Positions 12,791 to 24,985 of a stretch of 64,000 bases of DNA are shown here, one piece after another. Position 1 is the stretch's first letter. Each line of letters opens with the position of its first letter. The stretch spans positions 25,792,001 through 25,856,000 of the forward strand of contig NC_042997.1 of assembly GCF_006345805.1 (NCBI RefSeq), in the 5' to 3' direction. The position numbers and the translations under genes are program-made. The stretch is from Octopus sinensis (lineage: Eukaryota). The notes below the pieces were generated by a model. The model had not been told where the DNA came from. It made no database searches and saw only the letters and a program-made list of their open reading frames with translations.

Positions 12791-12845
12791 ATATAATATA
12801 TATATATATATATATGTATGTATAATATATATATATATACATGCA
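12530..12845. repeat. Compound (TA)n/(TATG)n microsatellite
   Basis: Seen directly; it is the source of the Y/I-rich artefact ORFs. Confidence 0.95.
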
Positions 12846-14637
12846 CTTATATTTACATATACATGTATTTCTATATTTATTTACCCATTTATATCAGAAT
12901 TTTTGTTTTCTGTGTTACTTTATCCCGATGCACTTAAACTCGTAACAGACTTCTGTTTAGCATATTTTGTGTAAACATTCGTTGTAAATTGAATGTAATT
13001 TAAACCAATCACTTATTTATCAAAATTATGTAAGGATTCATTTATCGATATTTATCTTAATGAAGCCCTTTTGAAACCATTTACACTATGTCACTATGTA
13101 CTATATGTGGAATTTTGCTTTACTGCTCTTATTAATTTGTGAAAATGTGTAGATTTTTTAAGTTTATGCATATAAATATACAGCTGTGTGCATTCGAGAA
13201 ATCTAGTTTCAACAGTATATTTCTCTTCAAGTTTCTGTTTTTTTACGGAGTACTTTACTAATATTATTTCTATTTTCTTTACTTTCTATTGTCTCATTTC
13301 TGCGCGGTTTGCGTGATTCTTTGCTGTAATGCTGACGCCTAAAATTAATGGCAAATACAATATTTGTTTTGTTTATTATTTCTTTTTCGATAACATTACA
13401 ATTAATAATAATTGAAATAGAGATAAAGTAGTTTTTCATATCTAACTGACATTCATATTTGCAGATCGTTTTTTAAGTATTCGACACTCAATAAAAATCA
13501 TAGAACTTGTAGTTTCAAACAAAACATTGCAGTTTTTAAGTTTCAGTTTCAATGCGAATTTAACTCTTATTTTTCTTGAAATGACTTTGAATTTCGTTCA
13601 ACTGTTTCGCTTTCTGGTACTTAAAATATTATCACTCAAATGACATTTAGTTTAAGGAATATTCTTCATTTGTAGGTACTCATATTAAAGCTATCTTTGT
13701 TTTGCTCAAGAATTTATCTAAAGTTTGTTTCCTTGATTTTTAAAATAATAACACAGAAAATAATAAATCACGATCAAGATTTTATTCTATATATATATAT
13801 ATATATCACAAGATATGCCAAATAAAATCTTTTTAGTCTTAAGAACTATGATATCAGCAACTCTTTTCATATTTTTTCTATACAATTTGTACACTTATAA
13901 TTTTATATACATTGTAATAGATAAAGCAACTAAAATATACTATTTACCGTATAATTATTTCAATTTTTCGAAGATTTTCATTTCAACAAATTGTCTCTCA
14001 TCCCAGACAATAACACTGGATGTATACAAAAATAATAGAGTTTTGTAGCTAGGTAGAAAATCAACTCTAAAATCATAGGGATTTTGTACTAATGTATATC
14101 ATTTCCATATCAAAATGATTGGTTTAAATAAAACATACTGCTTATTTCTTTATTAATATCCTTTCATTAACAATACATAAATATATGCCATTATGCCTTC
14201 CACTGTACCGTATTATGTTAGCCGTTTCCAACGGCGTAGGTAAGTCAGAGACCTAAATTTTAGAAAACTGAAATGTCGCAAAAAATGTTCAAAAGTCAAG
14301 TCATGAGAATATGATTTTGACGCATTCATGAATATAGAAATAATGAGAAAAATGTAAGCAAAATTATGAGATAAAAATACACTATGAGTTTGTTCGAATA
14401 CGTAACCGAATTAAGGAATGAAATATTTAATGCGAGTTTTTGATCTTCGTATTAGAAAAAGAAGACCTTTTGAACAGTGGATAGCTTTATATATTTGCAA
14501 AAAAAAATCAGTTTGTTATAGTTTACTTCAAGTTTAACATAATATTTTGGGAATACATCGGTCGATTTATTTTTTCCATGACTTTCACTAATCAATTAAG
14601 AAACCTCGACACTCTAGTTAACAGAAACCTGTCAGGT

Positions 14638-14950
14638 GTGATATTAATGCATTTCTCAAAGACGTAAACAGTATAAATAAAATATAATCGTTAACGGCTG
14701 AAAATCGAAATAAGTTCCTGGAATCAGTGTACCAAATATATTTGTATACTCTATAGATTTTAACCTAAAACAATTAGTGTTTGAAAGCTGTGATACCCAT
14801 GCTTTTTTCAAAGAAGTGATGAGTGTAAATATAATAAAGATGCTGACGACCGTAAATCGAAACCGGTTCGAAGAATTAGTGTATCAAGATATTTTGTGCA
14901 TTCTAAGGTGTTTACCCTTAAAAAATTAATGGTCGAAAGATTTGATCAGA
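14638..14950. repeat. Ancient degenerate tandem repeat, period 152 bp
   Basis: 14638-14755 aligns without gaps to 14790-14907 (hand count 81/117 identical). A third unit begins at ~14911. Confidence 0.7.
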
Positions 14951-16117
14951 ACTCTAAGGTAAATTGTTATAGACTTCTTTATGTACGTGCTGTGTCAATT
15001 CATCCGGTAATTCAAGAGTTTAAAAAAAAGCAAGGTTTCAGAATTAAATATACACTTAATAAAGTAGAATTTTAAAAGAAAAGTTATTTCCCATAGATAA
15101 TTCTATCTGCTTATTAAGAAAAACGTGTTTACTACCTTTCTCTTCTCTCAATTAAAGTATCTACATCACTGTAAACAAGATACATCATTTGGTGAGCGTT
15201 GAAATATTACACTAGTTTAAATAAATAAGTATTAAACGTAGCATGATCGCAAGACAAGAAAAAACAAAAAGCTCCTTTTGAAACTACATCATTTCAACGT
15301 GTAATTTTGTGGTTACCCTTAATTCTATAATCGGTCTTTGAGCAATTTCCGATATAGATTCTCATTATATGCGTACTTCTTTTTTTCATATATCTAATTA
15401 ATATTTTTTCTTGCTATATCTGTTGTTTTTTTCTTATTTTTGTTATCAAACTCGTTAATCTATTTTCGTAAAACATTTCTGATAAATTCTCCCCTTTATT
15501 TTCTCAACGGAATCTAACTTACATAAACATTAGAAGAGACTGTTCCATGAAGAATAGAACAAAAGAAGAAAAAAACATGATCTTTAATTATTAATACAGA
15601 CGAAAACGCTCTTCAAAAGAACTTTCAAGTAAGTTCATTATTTTTTCTAACATCTTTCTAATTGCGAGAAGAGAAAAGTATTTTAGAAATATTCGATTTT
15701 AATTTAGATGAGCGATATTGGAAAAATTATTGTTTTAATAGAAATACGATATGATATTACCTGTTCAATATATTAATATTGATAATTTTACCTGTTTTCT
15801 TTCTTTTCTCTTTTTATTTCTTATTAATTTACTCAAATTGTAAAAGTAAAATCAAACTTTGAGAAATTTATCTTTCTTTTTATTTGTTGTATGTATATAT
15901 GTATATATATATTGTATTTTGTTCTTGGAAATTCTTTGAGAGCTCGATATCTTGGTTATTTTAATAAGCTAATTTAAATATAGCGAATAAAATGCATCGT
16001 TGTTTTTGTTATTAGATTCAAAAGAATCACCACGGTGTTTTAATGGAATATTATAATTGAAGTAAAAGTCAGAGCTGCGGTTTCGATTATTTGCTGTTGT
16101 CAGTTAACTCTACTTAC

Positions 16118-16192
16118 AACAGTAATGCCTATGAAAGAAGCACGAAGGCCTAAAACAGATATTACCCCCGCCTAAGTTTTTAAAAAATCCTT
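16118..16192 (-). CDS. Candidate 75-nt coding exon (phase 1-1), unknown protein
   Basis: Long pyrimidine acceptor …attatttctttag, donor TT|gtaagt, open frame GFFKNLGGGNICFRPSCFFHRHYC. No homology recognised. Confidence 0.25.
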
Positions 16193-17184
16193 CTAAAGAA
16201 ATAATTATTAAAGAAAAGGAAACAAATTTTGATTGTAGATAGCTTTTCTGTTCACCATAACATGTTCTTTTGTGTACAATCATCTTAATCTTTTTAATCA
16301 ACGCAGAATGCAATATATTCAGGATGGTTCCCTCATGAATCATGTATAATAAATTTCATGAAAGTATATAATCAAAATAATATACAGTCACTGTAGTAGA
16401 GACCCTGGGGGAATAGATAACCAAATAACTCCACACTGGATTAGAACGATGAGTCTCAAAATTAAATGCCTGAATATTTCATACACCGAAATCTTCCCTT
16501 AAGTTTTTTTTATGTAGCCAGATGGCTAATTTTCATAATCAATGTCTCTTTATTCTCCATATTCCCATAAACACTAATCATACGTAGTCTTACCACCTGA
16601 GTGTAATAAACTTCACTGAGAATGTCTAATGACGCCAAAACGTATTTCATTGTGGGTACGTCACATGTTTAAACCCAAATCTGAATCCCACACTGTCTTT
16701 TCCATAATTCCAAAATTTTATTAAATGATTTTCTCGAAATTTTCATTCTTGCTCGTTGTGTTCAGTATTTAAGCACATGTTAGATTAATATATTCTTTAC
16801 GAATTACAAGAATAATATCGGTTAAACCACGATTTTAAACTTAGCAAAACGCTTATGGAAAACAAACCCGCATTTCAAAATTATATAGTAAAAAACTTAG
16901 TAAGACACTGTGACTTTTTCTCTCCATAACTTCTGTCAATTAGTACGTTGACGTGTCAGCCTTGATCCAAAACACCGATGACCAAAAGAACTCTCAGGCC
17001 ATCATGACCTTTTTTGACAACCTTATTCTTATTGATTTTTTAAATGACCATATTATCTAATGTATAATCGCTTTTCTGCTGTGAGATTATGTGATTTGTG
17101 GAGGATTTCCTCAACTCTTCCTGAAAATCCATTACTTTTTCTTGTGACTAGCTTCACTATTAAGAGACACTTACATTTTATGTT

Positions 17185-17488
17185 TTTTTTTATTTATGCG
17201 CCCTTTTCAAGCATAGCCAGGCTCATGGGACCAGTTTCCCGGTTTCTATGGCGTATGTGCCTCCCCCCCCCCCAGCTGGACGGGACGGCAGTCCATCGCA
17301 GTGTCACTCAAGAAACAGGAAGAAAGAGTGAGAGAAAGTTAGGGCGAAAGGGTACAACAGGGGTCGCCACCACGCCCTGCAGGAGCCTCGTGGAGCTTTA
17401 GGTGTTTTCACTCAATAAACACGCAGAACGCCGGTCTGGGAATTGAAACCGCGAGTCCGCTGCTCTAACCACTGAGCCATTGCGCCTC
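17185..17488 (-). mobile_element. SINE family A copy
   Basis: Reverse complement of the tRNA head plus the body seen at 847-1077, with a poly-A-like tail. Confidence 0.85.
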
Positions 17489-18140
17489 GACTTGTTGTTG
17501 TTTAACCCCGGGTTATCTCTAAAATTCCGTTAGTAAATATGCTTCAATAGTGGTCATTTCCTCATTTTCCATTTCTAAGACTACCCTGTCCTGGGCGTAC
17601 GTTGTTGGTGATGGTGACTTCAACGCTGGTGTTTTTATTCACCCCCTCCCCTGTCAGTTGTAATCCATGATACCTATGTCAGATGAAATCTAGCTAAAAA
17701 TCATGTCTTCCAGATATAACTTATCTGGTACTATACTATCCAATATTTAGATCTTTCTAATAATATGGTGTCAGTTAAGAAATATTTGACAGATGTATCT
17801 AACGAATCGAATGATCGTATAGGAGGCTATCTCACTGGTTTTTTACTTAGAGGGAAAAAATAACAATACTGAGAGTAAGGTCAATAAGGAAATAATATTT
17901 TATTATATGTGTGCATCACATGGGTAAAGTTAGATCCCAACAAAGTAGAATCTGGAATGCAGTTTCGATTCCATATTGATTCAGTTTCCAACACTAAATT
18001 CGCGCATCAAGTAAAATGGCCATGGATAATGAATTGTTGATAGATGAAGTTTTCATCGATGATTCGACAACTCGAAAACGGCAGCATTCCAAAACTCATG
18101 ACTATGTTTTTTACGCATATTACTATTACTATTATAAAGT

Positions 18141-18370
18141 GTGGCGAGCTGGCAGAAACGTTAGCGCGCTGGGCGAAATGCTTAGCAGTATTTCGTCTGT
18201 CGTTACGTGCTGAGTTCAAATTCCACCGAGGTCGACTTTGCCTTTCCTCCTCTCGGGGTCGATAAATAAAGTACCGGTTATGCACTGGGGTCGATGTAAT
18301 CGACTTAATCCGTTTGTCTGTCCTTTTTTGTCCCCTCTATGTATAGCCCCTTGTGGGTAGTAAAGAAATA
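18141..18370 (+). mobile_element. SINE family M copy
   Basis: ggcgagctggcagaaacgttagc…gagttcaaattcc…ggggtcgataaa…ccccttgtgggtagtaaagaaata. Confidence 0.9.
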
Positions 18371-19290
18371 TATTACTATTACTCATCTTAGTATAGCCAA
18401 ATAGTAAAGTCGTCACTTACGTACGGGTTTTACTTCGTGAAATATACCAAGCTTTTCTTCATTATTGTACCTCTGCAGTCACGAGCGGATGTAGACACAT
18501 GCTAGGACCCTTGACCTTTGACTCAGTAGGACTTCATAGATAAAGGCTGTCATAAATAAAGAGAGGTAGGGAAATAGGGAAACAGAGAGAGATACAGACA
18601 GGCAGAAAGAAAGAAAGAAAGAGTGAGAGAGAGCTACACCAGAACCAGGATAGTACTCGCTTGCAGCTGAGGAAACAGGAACAGTGTGAAAGGAAGTGTC
18701 TTGTTCAAAAAGCAAACGTACGCCCTCTTTCACAAATTGAAACCATGAAAGTATGAACCGAACGTTCAACTAGAATGCGTTCTTTTCACAGCAGTTCTGG
18801 TAAATTAGTCTAAATACTAGAAATGAGGGGTGTAATTTTCCAATGTATGTGATGCAAAATATTTGGTTCGTGGATTCACAATTTCATTCAATATGCGGAA
18901 TTTTATTCAGATGTTAACCATTTGCTTTTATCAAGATCCACAAAAGACGTATGAAATTTATAAGAACTTCCTAATTATGAACCGATATGACATCATTCAT
19001 TCATTATTATTTTTCCAAAATTGATTTGTTTGAGAGCCAGTACTCATCTGGTGCATATTTTCCACGATTCCAATGGATGGACAAGCAAAGTTGGGTTTTA
19101 AATCCATATTTTACACCTATTTGTGTATCTCTCTCTCTTTTTCTCTCACTCACCCACTCACACACGCGCACACATATTTATTCACACACCGGTCTGGGAA
19201 TCGAAACCGCGAGTCCTCTGCCCTAACCACTGAGCCATTGCGCCTCCACTTGTTGTTGTTTAACCCCGGGTTATCTCTAAAAATCACTTA

Positions 19291-19520
19291 CGGCGGCGAG
19301 CTGGCAGAATCGTTAGCACGCCGGGCGAAATGCGAAGTATTTTCGTCTGCCGTTACGTTCTGAGTTCAAATTCCGCCGAGGTCGACTTTGCCTTTCATCC
19401 TTTCGGGGTCGAAAAATTAAGTACCAGTTACGCACTGGGGTCGATATAATCGACTTAATCCGTTTGTCTGTCCTTGTTTGTCCTCTCTCTGTTTAGCCCC
19501 TTGTGGGTAGTAAAGAAATA
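19291..19520 (+). mobile_element. SINE family M copy, preceded by a family A head remnant (19190-19248, minus)
   Basis: Full-length match to the other family M copies. Confidence 0.9.
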
Positions 19521-20086
19521 CATATTTATTCACACACACATATACTCGCACAAGCACACATAATATTAACTAAACATTGCTTTACTGCAATAAAACAATG
19601 AGAAACTGGAATAAGAACAAAATTAATTCCTCTATCCCAGCAAAAAAAAAGAGAAAAAGACTAAAGGGTCTATATATTTCGGATTGACAGTTTGTATCAT
19701 AGGGGATTCATGTTATGGATATATTGGTTGTTTTTCAACATATAAGATTTTGAATCGCTTCTATTTTTCAATGTACATTTCTAATTACCATTCCATTTCT
19801 ATAACAATCCAATTAGCAGCTCATGTGAATATTAATTTGCTGCTGTGATATTTACGCACATAGCAACGGCATTTGTGATGAATGGTAAGACAACTGATTG
19901 CTACATGGAACTAACTCACCATGTCAACAACTTTGCCATGTCGAAATTAGCTCGCAGTGGATTACGACAAACTTTCTACTTGAGGTTAGGTAAGATGAGT
20001 TGACTTAGTGTGTATGTTTTTCCGAATATCTTAACTGCCAAACTAGGAAGAGGAATGAATTGAAAATTATATTGTGGAATATTTAC

Positions 20087-20268
20087 AAGTGCATAAATCT
20101 TCTGTTAAAATATTCCAGTAAGGTAGCCAATATAGGGACGAATTCTTGCAAAGTGGGCAAATAAGACTGAAACATCCATGCCGTGTCCTTAGCGATGTCC
20201 ATGTCTTCATATTTCGAATTATCCAAAGGAAACTTGCTTATAACTTTGGTAGATTCGAAATGCGTGTA
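20087..20268 (-). CDS. Candidate coding exon (182 nt), unknown protein
   Basis: Acceptor …ctcattcattacaag, then 60 open codons YTHFESTKVISKFPLDNSKYEDMDIAKDTAWMFQSYLPTLQEFVPILATLLEYFNRRFMH, donor TT|gtaaat. Non-repetitive and protein-like; no homology recognised. Confidence 0.3.
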
Positions 20269-22333
20269 CTTGTAATGAATGAGGTTTTTAATGAATAAGA
20301 AAATTATTTTTGCTCTACTTTAGCTAATGCCGTACAAAGAAAAATACTTTTAATCACGATTTGCAATACGATTTTTCATGTTTGTATTGTAATAATTTCA
20401 TTTCACTGCCTAGTGCCCTTAAGTAAACTATGGATATAATTCAGTCATCCTTTTAAAATTGTTAGCTAATGTCTAAAAAACAAAGAACATTATTTTTATT
20501 ACTGTTTTATAGATTTATTATTTCACAAACTAGCTAAATTAAAACTTCGGGGTGTCGGAATATTAAACGAAAGAACGTCATATTAGACAAAAATATAAAA
20601 TAGCATCTGTGTAGCAAATCAAAACCAAGAATAGATGAATGTAGATGTAAGAAAATTAAAATAAAAAAATAATACACAATAAATAAAACTAAATTACATA
20701 TAGTTGCTTAGTGATGCCAGTAATTAAGACTATCAATGCATGAAATAAGAACAGTTATTTCTTGTCATGCTTTTATTTTTGTTTTTCCTTTTGTTGAATA
20801 TAAACATTGTTGAGAGGGGAAATTTAGAATTGCATCGATAATAAAATAGTGTTTAGATACAGCACAGGTTTAACGTATGGAAAATCTAAAGATTGTTATG
20901 GTAGAAAATAAAAACTACCAAACAAAATAGAAAAAACCAGAGAGAATTGCCAAAAATAAAATGCAACAGCCAAACGAAAATTAAAAATAATAAACAAAAT
21001 AATAATGATGATTTGAATTAGTGTAAAACAAATAACATAAGTTGGCACGTGTAGAAATAATTAAAATTTAGACTAGCAAGCTGGAAATACGCGTAAATCT
21101 GAAACAATAAAAATATGTTAATGAACATGTGTGTTAAGGGTAAAAAAAAAGAGGACGTAAAATATTCTATAATTCTACGAATAAATAAATAAATAAAAGC
21201 ATAATGATAATAATGAATAATGATCGATGAAGCACGAACCGGAATATGAACATTATTTAGATTAAAAAGAAAAATCAGGTATGAAATTGCACAAAAGTTC
21301 ATGTTCAGTGGTTACATTTCTCTTCATTTAGTGATTTCTGTTCGAGAATAGATGAAAACACTTTTTCTGTTTGCTTCTTTTTCTCGATTTTTTATTTATT
21401 TATTTTGGTTTAATTCGATTTCGTTCTTGTTGTTTTGTTTGCATAAGTAAAATCGGAAAAGTTAATACTCTTCTCCATTTCTGACCCGAAGATCCTGTTA
21501 GAGCGATGTGGAAAGAATTGAAATTAGTTTCAGTGCTCAGTGTTTCAGTCATAGCCTAAGATCCAAAGGAAGTTTCGAACTCTGCACTCTGTGTCTTTCG
21601 AAAAATAACGATTCTCTCACAGCTCTCGGTGCTATACGGTTCGCTCTTTAGAATACTGATTTGCAACTGCCTTGCCTTAGAAGTGAAAAATGTTTGTGGG
21701 TTGAAAAGTTTGAAAAAATTGGAAGTTGCGTGTGAAATTTTAGGAATATTCAGTTACAAATGAATACCAGCCAAGTGTTGCTACAGCTGACATATCCTGG
21801 ATGTGCTGCTTGGTCAAGGATGAAAGAGGATGACAGATGTTTGTGCTTGTTCAGGACAATATAGGCACCTAAAACAACTAGCAAAGTAGGGTACATGTTA
21901 ACAAGATATAGTTAAAAGTAGGAGTTGGTTATACTTTTCTTCTAATGTTGAGGTATTTGGAATTTTAGGAATATTTCAATGTCTATCCTAACAATTATGC
22001 TCAAGTTTTCAGATGTGCCTGTGGTACATTTATATTTTAATCGTCTTGAAAGACTGAGGTGCAAAGCAAGAGGCAGAATGAGCGCCGTATAACTGACTGC
22101 CTTGTAGTCAACCCACATCTTTGTTGTTAATACTGTGGAATTGTTATTCTTTCAATGAAATTGATGGTTTCAAACTTTGGTCAGCACGTTTCGGAAAGGG
22201 ATCTCGTCGATTACATCATCCAATGTACAAAACTTGCAGTTTATTTTAGCAACCACAAAAGAATGAAAAGTGAAGTCAACTTCAATACAAGAATGGAAGA
22301 ATTTCATAAAAGAATGTCGTGAAGTCGGAAGAA

Positions 22334-22436
22334 ATGCTACGAAGTATTTTGTCCGACATGTTAAGAAATCTACCAGCTCACCGCATGCTTTCAACAAAAA
22401 GATATCTTGTTAAAGAATCCAATGAAGAGATAATTT
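22334..22436 (+). CDS. Candidate coding exon ending in phase 1
   Basis: MLRSILSDMLRNLPAHRMLSTKRYLVKESNEEII followed by T|gtaagt; lies in a unique, non-repetitive block. Confidence 0.22.
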
Positions 22437-23581
22437 GTAAGTATATTTATCCCATTTATCCTGCCTAGTTTCTGTAAAAGTACATTATGAAAAGTAACTC
22501 TGTAAACGGCACGATAGGATTCGAAAGAAATTTGGACGCTGTTTGATGCAAAACACATTGACACGAATATTATGGCCCGATCATTTGGCAATGTTTTGAT
22601 CATGACATTCAAAAGATTGACGAAACTCGTGATATTGATGCATTTAATATTTAACGTCGAGAGTTTGCAAAGAAAGTACAGAAGTCTAAACCTCAGGAAG
22701 CAGGGATTTAGTACATGACATCATATTTAATTGCCCTACCACTTAGAGTTTCCTATGAAAATGACATATTATTCTTAAAGGTCATGTTATCTCCCAGTAG
22801 TATGCATTAAAAAAAATCATTAAAACCTTCTATTACATATTAAAGTATGTTCCAAGAAAATTTACTGTTAATAATATCTGCTTTTTTTGTACTTTTTGGA
22901 TATTCGTAAACTTACTAACCATATGCATCATTAGCTACTGGTATTGTATATTTTAAATTAATATAAAACATATTATTTCAATTACTTGCTTACTCTATCG
23001 AAATATCCAGTTCAGGTAACTTTTAATTAGATATTTTAAAGTGCTTAAAGAAATATTCATTATAAATTGTTGGAGTTTAGCATTTTACAGATATATTATT
23101 TGAGAATCCAAGTGGTAATATATATCTTTCACCTCTCAAGCTAAGATGGAAAGGTTAAGAACTAGTAAATATTTTGACAACAACTTGCGACGAATCTATG
23201 TTGCTGTGCACTATTTTACTTCAGTAAAGCCTGACGATAGCTCGATCGTAATGCTTTAGAAGTTTAGTAAGAAAGCTCAGGATTTGCCCTATGAAATCGT
23301 ACAAAAACTTTAGAAATATATTGATTATGTCTGAAGAAAATTCCACTGTAGATATTTTGTACCATAACAGAGAAAAACATGGTAATAATAACAAAAAAAC
23401 ATCAACAACAACAATAATAATAATAATAATAATAATAGTAGTATATAAAAATCGGCATTACCTAGAACTACACGTATTGTCTGTCTTCAATCCTTGTTGC
23501 GACTTGACAGACAGTACTGATCCCCATACACACAATACCTTCTATCAACAACATCACGAGATTGGATATTGTGCAGACAGT

Positions 23582-24107
23582 GACACTCATGGCTTCTGAT
23601 CTTAACCAACTGGAATTGTTATGATGCACAATGTTTTCTTTTTACATAAAAGATGGGCTGCAGCAAATATTCTACTCAATACCATAGATTTACTTGTCAG
23701 TTGTTTGACCTAAACCAGTTGTCCCTTGGTGGCTGATGATATGTACAGCTCTGATCACGAGCAGAAGTAGTGGGGGAGCAGAAACAGCCATGTGTTAAGA
23801 AGAATTCTTTGGAGTTTCGGTATTTCACCGTTGAAATGGGTGTTTCATTCAACATCCTTAAACGACCCTTATTCAGCGACATTTTCATTGGGATGGGATG
23901 CTCAACCTAAAGAAAATTCTAACTGCACCCCTCCTGCAAGGTCATGCGCTGTTTATCTTGATATGAGATCACCATTTCGCGCACATCTGGTTGTGATGCA
24001 TGTGTCTGGTGTACCCTTAATAGACTAATAGTCATGATGGGTATACTGGGATTTGTATATTTTACCCCGGGTCATTTTGATTGCGTGTACTACTTTCCCA
24101 CTCAGTA

Positions 24108-24143
<36 letters not shown>

Positions 24144-24260
24144 GTCCTGATGCAGTACGAGGCTGTGGCTCTCATGAATTTTGATCTTAAATTATTGGAA
24201 GTATTATAATGTTCATTTTTCTTTTGTATTGGTATAAAACATAGGCTCCAGCAAATATTA
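23582..24260. repeat. Two diverged copies of an unclassified repeat segment (23582-23675 and 24165-24260)
   Basis: ctcatggcttctgatcttaacc…gggctgcagcaaatatt vs ctcatgaattttgatcttaaat…aggctccagcaaatatt. Confidence 0.5.
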
Positions 24261-24269
24261 ATCACATTC

Positions 24270-24751
24270 CGCCAAACTCAACTCGCGAAGCAGCTCGTGT
24301 ATATTGACTAAGAAGACACAGAATACGTACGGTGTTGCATAAAGAATTAAACTTTCGTCCGTGGAAACCTCATTATGTGCAGGCGCTTAAACCTGAGGAC
24401 TATGACCGCAAAAGTGCAAAAATCCAGATCTCTCTACATGTTATTTTTACCTGTTGGGTTGCACAAAAAGAAGAGGTGTGCAAAACAAAACCTCGCACAC
24501 TGGAGGACTTGGAGACACAGATTCAGCAGATTCTCAAGGATATCCCTGATGACGTCCTTCAGAAGGTTGCTCATCCTTGGCCATTCGAGGAAGCTGGTTG
24601 ACGCCACCGGTGCTTATGTTGAAATATGAAGACTTACTTTCATTTTCCTATGTAGTAAAGAACATGTATAATTTGTTTCAATAAATTTGTAAAAGAAAAA
24701 TGGATTTTATTAACAATTTTTAACGCCTGCTTACTTTTTACCCACCCTGTA
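24270..24751 (+). mobile_element. Internally deleted Tc1/mariner-superfamily transposon
   Basis: LHKELNFRPWKPHYVQALKPEDY (N-terminal part) is joined to KEEVCKTKPRTLEDLETQIQQILKDIP (C-terminal part). The end ttactttttacccaccctgta resembles a Tc1-type TIR. Confidence 0.75.
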
Positions 24752-24779
24752 TATATTTGGTTTATGTATATTTGTTTTT

Positions 24780-24985
24780 GTGTCTATGTTTGTCCCCCAC
24801 CACTAGATATAGATGTGCTTATGTACCCGTAACTTAAGGTTTCGGCAATAAAGTTCGGTAGGATAAGTACCAAGCTTTTAAAAAATTAAAATAAGTCTGG
24901 GGTCAATTTATTCTATTTAAACATTCATTAAATTATTTTTCCAGCATGGCCACAATCTAATGACGGAAACAAGTAACAGACAAAG
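24780..24985 (+). mobile_element. SINE family C 3' half, degraded
   Basis: cccgtaacttaaggtttcggcaataaag…ccagcatggccacaatctaatgacggaaacaag. Confidence 0.7.

Noticed and set aside
14222-15628. Micro-exon chain 14222-14239, 14908-14958, 15600-15628 (+)
   Set aside because: Splice sites look good, but the first is not frame-compatible with the second (TAG in phase 0) and the second lies in a decayed tandem repeat. There is too little support.
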